Assembly (NCBI RefSeq): GCF_018977255.1
Contig: NW_024704742.1
Location: 72,790,001-72,854,000 of the forward strand
DNA from: Callorhinchus milii
Lineage: Eukaryota
Reading direction: 5' to 3'
DNA: 64,000 nucleotides
Made by a program: the position numbers and the translations under genes. The notes under the pieces were generated by a model that saw nothing but the letters and a program-made list of their open reading frames with translations, did not search any database and was not told the DNA's origin. This document shows positions 12,200-25,300 of the stretch, piece by piece. How positions within the stretch are numbered: the stretch's first letter is position 1; each line of letters starts with the position of its first letter.

Positions 12200-13602
12200 T
12201 TAAGCAAGGTCTCCGTTTCGCTAAACTGGCTCCAAGGTGACATGTCTTGCAACCAAATATCGGAATCGAGTGCACCCTCTTTGATGGTCTCAGTAGTCCA
12301 GTTCCTGAGTCCGGTAGGTTTACAGTATTCTAGGGTACTGCTGATGACAGCACAGCCAGCCTCGCTCCTTGGCAAGACTTAGAAGGGCAGACTAGTCAGT
12401 AGGATCAGGGAATCATCCCACTCAGCTCCTGTTAACCCTGCAAGCCAAAGCCCTAATGGGTAGGGTGGTCGTGGAGGGAGGGAGGGATTTTTTCCAAGGA
12501 AGGTAAGTGATAGAAGTCGGTTGAGTAGGGGGAAGGGGAGGTGGAGATGTTAAGGGAGATGAAGTGGTAGTCTGAGATAGTTTTATCAGTGATGGTGAGA
12601 TCCGAGACAGGATGCCCTAGGTGATCACCAGGTAAAGGAGGTGATGGTGGACGTAGGTGGTAGAGTGGATGTGGAGGGAGAGGTTCATGGAGGAGAGGAA
12701 AGAGGAGAAGTCAGCAGAGGTAGAGCAGGAGGGGGTGAAGTGGAGGTTGAAGTTACCTGGATGAGGAGGCATTCGGAGCAGAGGGAGAAGGAAGATAGGA
12801 GGGTGGGGCTGTTGGGGAGGAAGGTGGGGGATGGATGGGGGGGGCGATAAATAAGCAGAATTTTGAGGGAAAGGTTGGAGGAGCGATAAAGGATAAGGTG
12901 CTCAAAGGAGGGAAAGGATCTGGAGGAGTAAGGGAATAGGCCATACGGGGACCGGGAGATGAGAGCCACACCGCACTACAGCGGTTAAGTCATGGGATAT
13001 AATGGAAGGTGTAGCCGGGTGATGTGGCCTCTGTCAGGGGGAAGGTGTTATCTGGAGTGACCCAGGTTTCGGTGAGGGCGAGGATGTCGATCTTTTCATC
13101 ACCAATAAGGTCTTGGATTGCAATCGTTTTATTGGAGAGGGAGCGGACATTTTGTAGCCGATGTAGAGGGGACAGTTGGTGGTGGAGGAATGTGGGAGAC
13201 GAGGGGTGGGAGGGGGAGGATTGACAGAGAGGGTGGGGATGAGGGAGGCAAGGTTGGCCCCCAGGGTCAGGGACCGATGGGCCTTGTGGTGAGAATGGGG
13301 AATAGGGCAGTCAGAGTAGCAGCTATTGTATAGCCATCAGCGTCTGCCACAGGTGGGCCTGATGAAGGATTCGCAGGCTGGAGCAGAGGGCGGCTGTGGG
13401 ACGGTAAAGCAGGGATAGGAGTCGAGGAGGGCGGAGGGAGAGGAGGACCGAGTGGGAGTAGTAGAGGGTAGAGGGAGAGAGTGCACATTCCATCTCTGGA
13501 ATTTCCATGTGTAGGTGGGATGCATGGAATTCTCAGCTTAGTTTGGATACTCTTAAGCATGGGGATGGGTTTGGTCAGACTCCCGGCTGACCAAAACAAA
13601 AA
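12200..13602 (+). repeat. Family X repeat (12200-12470 and 13473-13602) interrupted by an L2 fragment
   Basis: ggtctcc...ctggctccaaggtga, gtactgctgatgacagc and ccactcagctcctgttaaccctgcaagccaaagc. Resumes at gagagagtgcacattcc...ggctgaccaaaa. Confidence 0.78.
12471..13472 (-). mobile_element. L2 LINE internal fragment: ORF2 N-terminus / AP-endonuclease region
   Basis: Minus-strand peptides ILALTETWVT (read from the sequence), VALI..SFPSFEHL and KILLIYRPP, typical of the L2 APE domain. No 3' tail. Confidence 0.8.
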
Positions 13603-13629
13603 TGTACATTTCTGGTTGCCGTGACATAA

Positions 13630-13960
13630 GTGCCAGAGCTAGTGCAGAGGAGAGCAATGAGGATGATACGAGGGTTAGAGGAAAGAGTTATGAGCAATCA
13701 TTAGGCAAGCTAGCATGCTTCAGTTTTGAAAGACAATGTGTCAGAGGGGACATTATAGAGGTATTAAATAGAAAATGAAATATTAAATATTTTAAATAGA
13801 ATTGAGAAACTAAACCCAGAACAATACTTTAGGATGCACCAAGACAGCAAAACAAGTGGACATAGGTTTAGAGCTGCAAATGGCAATTTCTGGGCAGATG
13901 CCAGAGATTAATTAATGATTGGAAAGGATTGCCAAGAAAGGGTAGTTGAGGCAAAGTGGC
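13630..13960 (+). mobile_element. Old CR1 3' ORF2 fragment
   Basis: gtgcagaggagagcaatgaggatgat, agagggggacattatagaggt, acaagtggacataggtttagag. Confidence 0.7.
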
Positions 13961-13969
13961 TCAGGGCTC

Positions 13970-14285
13970 ACTTGCTGATTGTGGGGCAGAATGGGTGCAG
14001 TGTATGAATCAGGCAGGAGTTTGTGGAGCAGAGGCTGAGGAATAGCAAGGTAGGAGATAGGGTGCTACAAGGTAATGGAAGAATTTGAAGATGAGAACAA
14101 CGATCTTGAAGATGGGGAATTAAGAGCTAGGTGAGGATAGGAGTGATGAGCTCAAGTAGCCTAGTGCAGGAAAGGATATGGGCTGCAGAGTCTGGATGGT
14201 CTGGAGTTAGTGGAGAGTGGAGCTGAGGTAATCGGCACGTAGAGCAATTGAAACATTTGGTCTGGATGTGACAAAGGTATGAATG
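13970..14285 (-). mobile_element. Degenerate L2 fragment
   Basis: gctgcagagtctggatggtctggag and tctggatgtgacaaagg match the L2 minus-strand copies elsewhere in the window. Confidence 0.6.
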
Positions 14286-14810
14286 TAACATAAAAAACAG
14301 AAGTGGCTGGGAATACTCAGACGGCGGAGTCAGTGGAGCTGGGTGTGGAAGGGGGTGAGAGGCTCATGAAGTCTAGTGCAGAAAGCACATGAGGTGTAGA
14401 GTTTTGAAAGTCTGCAGTTTGTAATAGGAAGAGGCGAGTAGTGGGCAGAAAGTTGGCGTACTTTTGCTTGGTCGTGATGATTTGTGCACAACTGAGAAAT
14501 GGTTCTCAGTGCAGTCTGCTCCACAATGTGGGCAGAAACTACAAAGCACTAAGTCTCATCCCCCATGTGGGAAAGTAATTCACAGGGAATCCTACAGCAG
14601 CCAAATAATAACGAGGAGCTTCAATAAAAAAGTGATGTATCAACATAACAGAGAGGCAGAAAAGCTAGAAACATTTGCCAGTCCACAGTTTTATCCCTGC
14701 AGATATTTTAATGAATCATGAGTTCCACAAAAATAATGTAACATAGGGTCAGTATTTAGAAGTTATAAATAATCTTGTTTTATGTGGTGTTGATGATTGT
14801 ACATTATTTA

Positions 14811-15155
14811 ATAATAATAATCCTTCCATTTGATATGGCGCCTTATCATATCATTGAGACATCTCAAAGCGCGACACAAAATATACCACAAAATGAATTA
14901 ACTGTATATTTTGTGGGTAAAACGCAGCAGCTAATTGCACACAGCAGTGTCCCACAAACAGTCATGGATTCAGTGAAGGGATTTTTGAAGGGATTATTAC
15001 CCTTGGAAAAGTGATCTGCCATTCGACTAACAACTGAGTTCCTACTTACTGCTGGGTAACCAGAGGCGTGTGGAGTAAGGAAACTTGCCTAACGTTTCGC
15101 CCTGCCCAGGAATCGAGTCCAAGTTCTCTTGCTTGTGAGGCGAGTGATCTAATCA
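14811..15155 (-). mobile_element. Older, longer variant of the tRNA-Ala SINE
   Basis: aggcgtgtggagtaaggaaacttgcc...tttcgccctgcc matches the young SINE head. Carries ~64 extra bp (15000-15063). Confidence 0.8.
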
Positions 15156-15550
15156 ATACATGACAGGACACCACATTTTTCCATTTTTAAGGTTAATTAA
15201 AGTTGTGTTTTTATTCATTGCATGCAATATCAGAAAGGGTTTTAATGTATTCACAGAACCAGCATTGCCACCAGGCTGGATTTCCAAAGCGAGTGGAAAG
15301 GTGAGTTTCCAAAATAAAACCCTATTTTCACCAAATTTACCTGAGGTTGGTGTTTGCATTAAATTCCTTCCTCCCATCTTTTGACAAATAAAATACTCCA
15401 CATCCCCAAATATAATATTACCTCGATTTTCATTTTGTGAACTAAAAGAAATTAATCAACCTTAAATATGCCATTGTTCAGCACTTCAAGATACTATCCC
15501 ATGAGAAGGGCACTATATAATTGCAAGTTACCTAATGCCCCTCTCATTGT

Positions 15551-15864
15551 GGAGTCCTGTAGCTCAGTGGTTAGAGCACTCGCCTTGCAAGTGAGACACC
15601 TGGGTTCAATTCCAGGCAGGGCGAAACCTCGGGCAAGTTTCCTTACTCCACACACCTAATAATAATCCCTCCAAAACAATAATAAATTGGTCATTTTCAA
15701 TCCAAGACTGTTTGTGGGACACTGCTGTGCGCAATTGGCTGCCACGTTTATCCCACAAATATACGGTCAATTCACTTTTCAGCATATTCTGTGAAGCGCT
15801 TTGAGACGTCTAGAAGACATGAAAAGCGCTATATCAAATGCAAGGATTATTATTTATTATTATT
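15551..15864 (+). mobile_element. Young tRNA-Ala SINE, full length
   Basis: Nearly identical to 2394-2711. Confidence 0.92.
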
Positions 15865-16295
15865 AAGTTGTTGTTTCAGAAGGTACACAGCCTCGGTGTT
15901 TGTTTAATTTGACCATGAGCTCTATCTCCCGTTTTAATCATTTTATTCCCACTCTTTTTCTTCTTCCTCAATTTTAATTGTGTCATTGTTTGTGGGATGC
16001 TGTTGACACAAATTAGTTACTGCTTTTGCCTGCATTCACCTCACTGCTGTTTTAGGGACATTGCTGTGCGCAAATTGGCTGCCACCTTCACTTACACAGT
16101 CACTACATTTCACAGTAAAATCTTGGGTAACACTCTGAGACGTCTAGATGACATAAGGCACTATATGAAATGTTAGGATTGTAATTAATTACAAAAGTAT
16201 GATTCTATTATTTATTTCTAGATCATCATCTCCCATTCTTTCAATGAGAAATTAATTTTCAGTTCCATCTGCCTTGTGAGTCAGGTGAACCTTAT

Positions 16296-16690
16296 TTTTT
16301 TTGGTCAGTCAGGTGTCCAATCACCATGAGTAAGAATATCCAAACCAAACTGATTATTGAATGCATCCCATCTACACTGGAGTTCCCAGAGACAGAATGG
16401 AATTTGCACTCTCTCCCTGGAGGGACATACCTTGCTTACCTAATTCCGAAATTTATTAGGCACAGGTTGGCAAGAACCAAGGCCTGGGGACTCCAGAGTG
16501 TGCATTGGGGTAACTAGGGGTAACTGGGGTAACTGAGTCTAACCAGCTAAAACTACATAGCTTGCTATTGATATTGGTGTCTGTCTACTTTCTGGCTGCT
16601 TGTCCAGCTAGGACCACCCTATCTGTTAGAGCTTTGGCTTGCAAGGTTAACAAGAGCTGAGTGGGAGGATTCCCTGCCCACAGTGACTGA
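16296..16690 (-). repeat. Family X repeat, 3' 400 bp, ending in an A-run on the minus strand
   Basis: Reverse complement reads cccactcagctcttgttaaccttgcaagccaaagc...ccctccagggagagagtgca...ctgaccaaaaaaaa. Contains (ggggtaact)x3. Confidence 0.78.
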
Positions 16691-17433
16691 ATGGTAAGAG
16701 TTCTTCATGTTCTGGCCCTCATCCAAATTTACTCCCAAATACAAATTAGTTTCCTGCTTATCTCATTGCTGTTTATGGGATGTTGCTGGCGCAGTTTACT
16801 TGCTGCATTTGCTTTTATAACATTCACTTCCAATCGATTATATTTTGCAAAGTGCTTTGAGACATTTATTTTTTTACGTGAAAGGCAAGTTTTGTTATAA
16901 GGGATTTGGAGACAAGACTGGAATAGGATTAGAAACATAAAGAGCTGCCATCATCAATTAATACACTTGTTCGATGGGTTGAGTGGCTTCCTCCTGTTCT
17001 TCATTGACTTGGCTGATTGAACAGAAGTTTTAAAGATTGTTTTTTTTCATAGGAATTTGAATAATATGTTATTTTCTCTTATGTAACCTAATTTATAATA
17101 ACGCAGATATTGCAAACGCTACAATTGAAGCCTTGAATGACAATTCTAAAACGTCTCTTGAAATGCTGTAATTTCCCACTATTATTTTCAAGAGTTGCTA
17201 CAGTAAATGTCTACTTGTAAATGTCTTTCTGTAACTTTCCACTCTGAAGTGCCAAAGTTGCTGAAGCAGCTTTGAAGCTTTGTGCAATTAGTTTAGTGAT
17301 GGAAACTTGGATCCTTACTGATGCTATCCAAATATCCTACTGCCAGAGTGAGGTAGATTACAGCTCAGTTCTAGCTATGCTCCTTGTCATGACACTTCAC
17401 AGAAATTTCAATGTGGGTGGGTGGGGTGGAAGT

Positions 17434-17800
17434 AATCAGGGTCTCCTTGGAACTGAGCTGGCTCCAAGGTGATGTGCTTGACAATGGAATGTCAGAATCG
17501 CGTCAACCCTTTATGCCGGTGGTGGCCAACCTTTATGTTTGTCCAAAATACATTTTCTTGATTGAATATTTCTTGATTTATGCCATAAAAAAAACAGAAA
17601 ACACACCACCGATTGAACACGGATTTACCTAGACTTGTGCAAATGTTCGGGGAGGCCACTTCTTGATAGCCACCTCTGGCCCTTGGACCACTGGTTGATT
17701 ACCATTGCACTATGGTGATATTCGTAGTACAGGTGCTGAGCCAGGCAGGTCCACAGTACTCCAGGGTACTGTTGATGACTGCCCAGCCATTCTGGCTCAT
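17434..17800 (+). repeat. Family X repeat 5' part, split by a MITE
   Basis: gggtctccttggaactgagctggctccaaggtgatgtg...; resumes with cagtactccagggtactgttgatgactgcccagcc. Confidence 0.72.
17517..17707 (+). mobile_element. Degenerate hAT-type MITE
   Basis: TIRs cggtggtggccaacc / ggttgattaccattg differ only by transitions. Possible TSD ctttatgc / cactatgg (5/8). It interrupts family X. Confidence 0.6.
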
Positions 17801-17904
17801 CTTTAGTGCAATATTGAAATGTAACACTAATTCTCTGGTGGAGCTAAAATCTACCTCAGTTCTTTGGTGGTTGCCAATCGATCCTGTCAATCCCCCTCCA
17901 GGGA

Positions 17905-18217
17905 AAACAGAGCAAATTGTGCAGCAAATGAGACTTGAATCTTATGATAAACCAATGTCCATTTGCCTGTACACGTAAACGTTACAGATCCCATGAATCC
18001 ATTTGAAAAGAGAAGGAGGTTTCTTCCAGTGTCCTGGCCAAGAATTCTGATAACATTGAGCATTCACTTATTGCCTGATTGTGTCGCATTGCTGTGCATG
18101 AATTGGGTGTTGCATTCAAATATACTGTCACTTCGCTTCACAGTAAAATATTATAAAGCGCTTTGAGATGTCTCAACGGCACGATAATGCATTGTATCAA
18201 ATGCAAGGATTATTACT
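17905..18217 (+). mobile_element. Old DeuSINE 3' part
   Basis: agatcccatg, cagtgtcctggccaa, aaagcgctttgagatgtctc, aaatgcaaggattatt. Confidence 0.65.
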
Positions 18218-18794
18218 GAGAAGAGGATTGTCGATGAAGTAGCTAATGGGGCTGATTGTTTAAAATGGTTCCATGACTTTCTACTTGTAAATCCAACTGG
18301 GATAAGTGTTACCACTTCTCTGTAGATGTTTGTTGCTATGCTCCTGGGATTTTATGACTTCGGCAACTTTGACTGCAAAGTCCTGAGGAGGTGGATTAAG
18401 TGTTTTGTTTGAAGGTTTAATGTAATGAAGACATGACAAGAGCTCATGTGTTTCTGACTGTGTGAGCAGAATAGGTCCTACTTTTTTGCATTTATTTACA
18501 ATAAAATGGGAAACAAAGAACATCTTATTTCAAATGTTGAAAATTTTTCACAATATTCGATCAATTTCTAACCTTTTATAACCGTGAACATAAAATTTAT
18601 TTCACACATTAAAAAGTTCTCAAGGAATCCTACAGAATAAACAACATAATAAGGAGTAGCAGTAAAAAACAATAAGTGTCAAAATAAGGGTACAGAAAGA
18701 GGCACATGTTTCAAAATGTATTTTTCCCCATACAAATATTTAAACAGGAAAGAAAAAAAGTTACCTAAGCTGTTTCTTAATGAGTATTTGAGAA

Positions 18795-19176
18795 AGGACT
18801 TGCATTTTTAAAGTGCCTTTAACGTCAAAAGTCTGAAAGCACTTTACAGTGATTGTCAATTTTGTAGGCAAATTTGGCAGCCATCCTGCACACAAGATCT
18901 CACATACAACCATGAAGTAAATGATCCAAAGGATTATTGTCCAAGTCATCAAAGAAACAATAAACATTCTATTTTCATAGATTTTCATTTTAAACGACCT
19001 TCTGACAACAAAAAGGACCTTAATTTAACATTTCATCCAAAGTACAGCATTTCTAACTATACAGCACTCTCAAATACTGCACTGGAGTAACAGACTAATA
19101 GATCATGAAGTTCTAATGTAGAATCTACAACCTATTGAGCCGGAGGCACTATTGTTACCAACCGAAGCAAGCTGAT
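18795..19176 (-). mobile_element. Old DeuSINE
   Basis: cttgcattt...gcctttaacgt tail, cacaagatctcaca core, actgcactggagt. Confidence 0.6.
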
Positions 19177-19779
19177 ATCTTGCATTACTGCAAATGGCCT
19201 GCAATTACTGTACATCATCATGAAGACAGACAAAGTGCTGAAGTTCACATACAAGCAGAATAAATGTCTTCTCTGCAATGTAAACTGGCTGTGTAAAGTT
19301 GTGGAGCTTCCCATTGGATGAACTTGAGTAAACCTCCCCGCCCTTCCAAAAAAGTCAAGTTTGCAAGAAATGGACTGTTTATTTTTATTGATACAGAATT
19401 TATCTAATTTGACAGTTATTAGGACCAATGATCAAAATTAGACCCCACAAAGTTGGTGAAGTCTCTATGACCAACAGTTAGAATATGGACAAAAATGCAT
19501 CATATTGGCTTTCCTTGAGCTTCCCCTGTATCCATGTGGAAAATTCCTGCTCTGGTCTGGTTTGTTCTCACTGTGGCCTGATAATACACTGTATGGAGTG
19601 TATGGATGGTGTAAACCTTTTCCCTATCGTGGTAAAGAAATACACCTCACCAATTGGAAGGTGCTACGTAATGCACCCACAAATGCTGTATTGGTGAAAA
19701 ATCCACAATATGCAAATATAACTAAATTGGCAATTGTGACAAAGAGATTGGAAACTTGCAAAGAAAATTATGCATTGTC

Positions 19780-20160
19780 ATAGATCAGCACAAATCTCAA
19801 CCTTCCAGGATATCCACCCTCCCAACCTCATCACAGCATCACAACATTTAAATGCATCCAGTGTGCTAGCCTCAACTCTCCTCACTTTCTTGTCCCAGTT
19901 CCTAGGTGAAGAAAACCATCCTGGTATTTGTCCTGAAATTGCCCTTTGGAACATTAAATCAATGTTATCTTGTTCTACTCTCTTTATGCAGCCAAAATTA
20001 TAATTCTGGCTTGACATTTTCAAATCCCATTTAAAATGTTATACACTTCTAGAGGGTCCCCTCAGAGACATCTTCTCTCAAGATTGAAGAGCCCTGGCTT
20101 ACTCATTACTCTAAGCCTAATCATTACTCTTGGCTTGTTCCTCCAACACTCGGGATCTCA
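19780..20160 (-). mobile_element. Old CR1 fragment, followed by a DeuSINE tail (to ~20335)
   Basis: cctgaaattgccc and cttctctcaagattgaagagccctggc are shared with the 4068-4430 copy. Confidence 0.6.
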
Positions 20161-20465
20161 TTGTATAATACTAATCCTTGCATTTGATAAAGCACCATAT
20201 TATATCATTGAAACATCTCAAAAAAGGCACACAATTTTACTGTAAAGTGTAGTGAATGTGTATTTATAAGTTAAGGCTTCCACCAATTTTCACTCATCAA
20301 TGTCCCACAAACAGCCATGAAGTGAATGACCAATTGTATCTAGTGTATACATATAAAATATATGGTAGTTCGGTTGAAAGGAAAATCATCTGCAATTATT
20401 TGGTAGTCAGAAATCTAGCCATTGTAATTCCAGTCATGACCCTCTCACTTATTTATTTTCCACAG

Positions 20466-20608
20466 ATTTTCCTGCCGGCCCTGTGACAGTTAATATTTAC
20501 TGCCAAGGGTTCATCAAAGCCACAGCTCACATTGTATACTACACTGCCATGGAAGAGATTGAATGTTTGCTTCTTAAAGCAGCTGATCCAATAGAATTCA
20601 TCTGTCAG
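20466..20608 (+). CDS. BANK1: Internal coding exon B of BANK1-like gene (DBB domain)
   Basis: Acceptor ttattttccacag and donor CAG|gtaaga. 143 nt, phase 1 to 0; G+AT across the junction gives Asp. Encodes (D)FPAGPVTVNIYCQGFIKATAHIVYYTAMEEIECLLLKAADPIEFICQ. FPAG.V.VN.YC.G..KAT is BANK1-like. Confidence 0.9.
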
Positions 20609-21821
20609 GTAAGAAACATATTGCCTACTAAAAGTTGAATTAAAGAGAGTGACTTGCCCTCTCAAAGTGAACAAGCTTGATTTGCACAGTGATCATTTCT
20701 TCCTCCTCCAGTGTATTTTCTGGATAAAAAGTCTAAGATACAAGTAAGTCCTTGGAAGTCCACGCTTAAAAGTTTCTAGTTCCATCTCCTGAGAAATGAC
20801 TGAAGCAGAGTTTCACGTGTACAATCTCTCTCCTAGGGGATGAGACCCCTCTTTCCTTAGGAAGCTCATCCCCTTTCTTTCTCTATCCATTGTGATCGAG
20901 TGCCCTCCACACTCATCACTACGGAACGGATAGTCAGAAACCAAACCATTGCAATTCCAATTCAATTATCAAACTTCCTTTGATAAGTCTGGCAGACTGG
21001 TCACCAAAAGTGCTGGGGATCACTGGAGTCAGTCAGGCTCAGATATTGGATCATAGAGTTTACTTGTTTACAAAGATGACCCAGACCCACTCTTCCTTCC
21101 TTCACTAGGCATTTCACTATGGAGCCAGTGCAACTTCACTATTATTTATACATAACAATAGACTGCAAGAATAGGGTAACCATGACACCACTCATCAAGA
21201 AATACCTTCCAGCAGCAGTTGTACCAATACTCAAGAGTTTTATTGTCAGGATTCTGATGAATGTCCGCTTTTAGGATAGTGGAGAGACATCAGTAACATG
21301 AGGAAGAAGGGAATCAAAGGGTATGGAAGGGAGTAAGGAATGGGTGGAGACTCATGTGGAATATAAACATCAGCACAGACTAGTTGGGCTAAATGGTCTG
21401 TTTCCTTGTGGTACAATGTCTACTATGTAAATTTGCACTGCCGCTCAATGTCCCTGCTTCTTTGACTTCCTCGAGATCCAAAACCAATGTTGTGTTCCAG
21501 GCTTGTTGGACACTAACTGCTTAGCCTGATCCTCATGTAAGAGATAACAGCAAAGGGGCATGGATGAAAATGTATCTCGTAAGAAGGTCCTGGAACTCAT
21601 ATATACATCTTTCAGCCACATGTCTAGGAACCCAATATATGAAGGAGAACACTCCAGGAAGCAGCAAATGGCAGCATAGTAGCTTAGTGGAAAGGAATTC
21701 CTACCACAGTGATCAAATTAAGAACTACTAGTGTTGGGCCTTGTAACATTTGATAGTTTTGTACAGTATAATAGGGCGTATATGGTGTTGTGTATGATGG
21801 AGTGTACTGGATTCAATTTTG

Positions 21822-22302
21822 AGCACCGCACCTCAGGAAAGATATTGGCTCTGGAGGGGGTGCAGCGCAGATTCACCAACATGAAACCAGGGCTTAAAGG
21901 GTTAAATCATGAGGACAGGTTGCACAAACTTGGTCTGTATTCCCTTGTGTTTAAAAGGTTGAGGGGTGATCTGATTGAGGTGATAAAGGGATTCGATAGG
22001 GTAGCTACAGATAAATTATTTCCTCTGGTGGGGGAATCCAGAAAAAGGGGACATCATCTTAAAAATTAGAGCTGGGCCATTTAGGAGTGACATTAGGAAG
22101 CATTTTTTCATGCAAAGGGTAATGGAAATCTGGAACTCTCTCCACCCAAATGCTGTGGATGCTGACTCCATTCAAATTTTCAATGGATGGATGAATAGAT
22201 ATTTGTTAGGTCAGGGTATCAAAGGATATGGGGGGAAGGGCGGTTAATTGGAGTTGAGATACAGATCAACCAAGATCTAATAGAATGACAGAACAGGCTT
22301 GA
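21822..22302 (+). mobile_element. CR1 LINE 3' end (older subfamily)
   Basis: ILALEGVQRRFT...RLRGDLIEV peptide, then a CR1 3' UTR (gatcaaccaagatctaatagaatg). Confidence 0.85.
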
Positions 22303-25300
22303 GTCCTGGACGAGAGCCAACTTCCTCCAGCTCAATGTTGGCAAGACAGAGGCCCTCCTGCTTGACTCCCGGCAGAGCCTTTTCACCTCAGCCGCTGACA
22401 CTATCACTATTCACCTCACTGAGCCAATCTGAAACCTCAGTGTACTTTTTGACCCTCAGCTATCTTTCAAACCCCACATTCGTGCCGTGACCCGTTCTGC
22501 CTTTCCACAACTCCGCAACATTGTCTGTCTCCGCCATTGCTTCAAATCATAGGCCGCCAAGACCCTGATCCATGCTTTCATTATGTCCCGGCTTGACTAC
22601 GCCAACTGCTTGCTCACTGGACTTTCCAACTCTTCCCTCCATAAACAGCAGATTATTCAGAACTCTGTAGCTTGTGTCCTCTCCCGCACCAGGCTCTGGG
22701 AACCTCTGGGAGATCAAGGGTGGGAGCTAAGTATTCTAGGGCGTATGTGGCGTATAGAAAAGATAGGCAATGTGGCAAATGAGGAGGGGTGTGGCCCTGC
22801 TAATAAAGGATGGGATAAAAACAGTAGAGAGGAAAGATTCTAAATCAGAAAAGCAGGAAGTAGAGTCAGTGTGGGTAGAGGTACGTAATAACAAGGGGCA
22901 GAAAACTCTAGTGGGAATAGTTTATAGACCCCCGAACAGCAGTTACAGTAAGTCTCAAGGTATAAATCAGGAAATTGGCAGAGCATGTAGTAAAGGAAAA
23001 ACATTAACTGTGGGTGATTTTGATCTGCACATAGATTGGGGCAAACAAATTGGGAAAAGTATGATAGAGGAAGAGTTTATAGAATGTATTAGGGATAATT
23101 ATCTAGATCAGCATGCCGAGGAGCCAACCAGGGAACAAGCCATATTAGACCTTGTTTTGTGCAATGAAGCAGGGTTGATCAGCAAACTGGAAATTAAGGC
23201 TCCTCTAGGGCAAAGTGATCATAATATGATGGAATGTAGCATTAAGTTAGAGAGAGAAGTAATTAAATCCGAAGCAAAGGTTTCAAATTTAAGTAGAGCC
23301 AATTTTGCTGGTATGAGAGAGGATTTAGCCAAAATAAACTGGGAAATTAGACTTAAGGATTTGACAGTAGACCAGCAATGGCAGACGTTTAAGGAGATAG
23401 TGCAAAACTCCCAGCGAGCACGTATTCCTTTGAGGAATAAGAATGCCACGGGAAAGGTGGCCCAACCGGGGCTAACTCGAGCAGTTAGGGAAAGTGTAAC
23501 ATTAAAGGAAGAAGCCTATAAAACAGCTAAGATGAGTAGTAAACCCGAGGATTGGGAGAACTTTAGGGATCAACAAAGGAGAACCAAAAAAGTGATTAAG
23601 AGAGAGAAAATGGAATATGAGGGCAAATTAGTGAAGAACATAAACACAGACTGCAAGAGTTTTTATAAATATATGAAGAGGAAGAGGCTGTCAAAGGTAA
23701 ATGTGGGTCCACTACAGGCAGAGACGGGGGGAATTATAGTAGGGGACAAAGACATGGCAGAGTCATTAAACAAGTACTTTGCTACTGTCTTCACCTTAGA
23801 AGACACTGAAAACCTACCAAGAATAGAGGGGAACCAAGAAGACAATGTTAGCGAGCAACTTGGGGAATTAATATTAGTAAAGAAATGGTTTTAGGTAAAT
23901 TGTCAGGTCTTAAAACTGATAAATCTCCTGGACCTGATGGCCTACATCCTAGGGTTTTAAAAGAGGTGGCTACTGAGATAGTGGATGGCTTGTCTTTGAT
24001 CTTCCAAAATTCTCTGGATTCTGGAACGGTTCCCATTGATTGGAAGATTGCAAACGTAACACCACTATTTAAGAAGGGTGGGAGAGAAAAGATGGGGAAC
24101 TATAGACCAGTTAGTCTGACATCAGTGGTAGGGAAAATTCTTGAGTCCTTAATTAAAGATGTCGTTATGGGATTCCTAGAAGACCATAACAAGATTAGGC
24201 AGAGTCAACATGGCTTTACAAAAGGGAAGTCATGCTTAACTAATCTTTTAGCATTTTTTGAAGATGTATCCAGCAGGTTAGATAGGGGGGAACCAGTAGA
24301 TGTAGTATATTTAGATTTTAAAAAGGCATTTGACAAAGTGCCACACAAAAGGCTATTGCACAAGGTTAAGGCCCACGGGATTAATGGGAACATATTAGCA
24401 TGGATTGAAGAGTGGCTAACGGGTAGAAAACAGAGAGTAGGGATAAACGGGTCATTCTCGAATTGGCAGGATGTGACTAGTGGAGTGCCACAAGGATCAG
24501 TGCTTGGGCCTCAGCTATTTACAATTTACATCAATGATCTAGACGAGGACATTGAATCTAACATATCTAAATTCGTGGATGACACTAAACTAGGTGGGAG
24601 AGTAAGCTCTGAGGATGATGCAAAAAGATTGCAATGGGATATAGATAGGCGAGGGGAGTGGGCGAGTAGGTGGCAGATGGAATTTAATGTGGGGAAGTGT
24701 GAAGTTATTCACCTAGGTAGAAAAAATTGAAAAACAGATTATTTTCAAGAGGGGGAGAGCTTAGATAGTGTTAGTGTTCATAGGGATTTGGGTGTCCTTG
24801 TACACCAGTCTCAAAAAGTTAGTTTGCAGGTGCAGCAAGCAACTAAGAAGGCGAACGGCATGTTAGCGTTCATTGCAAAAGGTTTAGAGTACAAGAGTAG
24901 GGAAGTCTTGCTGCAACTGTATAGAGCCTTGGTGAGACCGCACCTAGAGTATTGTGTGCAGTTTTGGTCTCCTTATTTAAAAAAGGACATACTTGCCCTA
25001 GAGGGGGTGCAGCGTAGATTCACTCGGTTAGTTCCTGGGATGAGGGGACTGACCCATGAAGATAGGCTGAATAAACTAGGGCTATATCCTCTAGAGGACA
25101 GAAGAATTAGGGGAGATCTTATTGAAACATATAAGATTCTTAAAGTGCTGGATAAAGTAGACACAGAGGGACTGTTTCCCCTGGATGGAGAATCTATAAA
25201 CAGGGGTCACAGTCTTAAAATTAAGGGTCAGCCTTTTAGAACAGAGTTGAGGAAACATTTCTTCACTCAGAGGGTCGTGAATTTATGGAATTCACTACAC

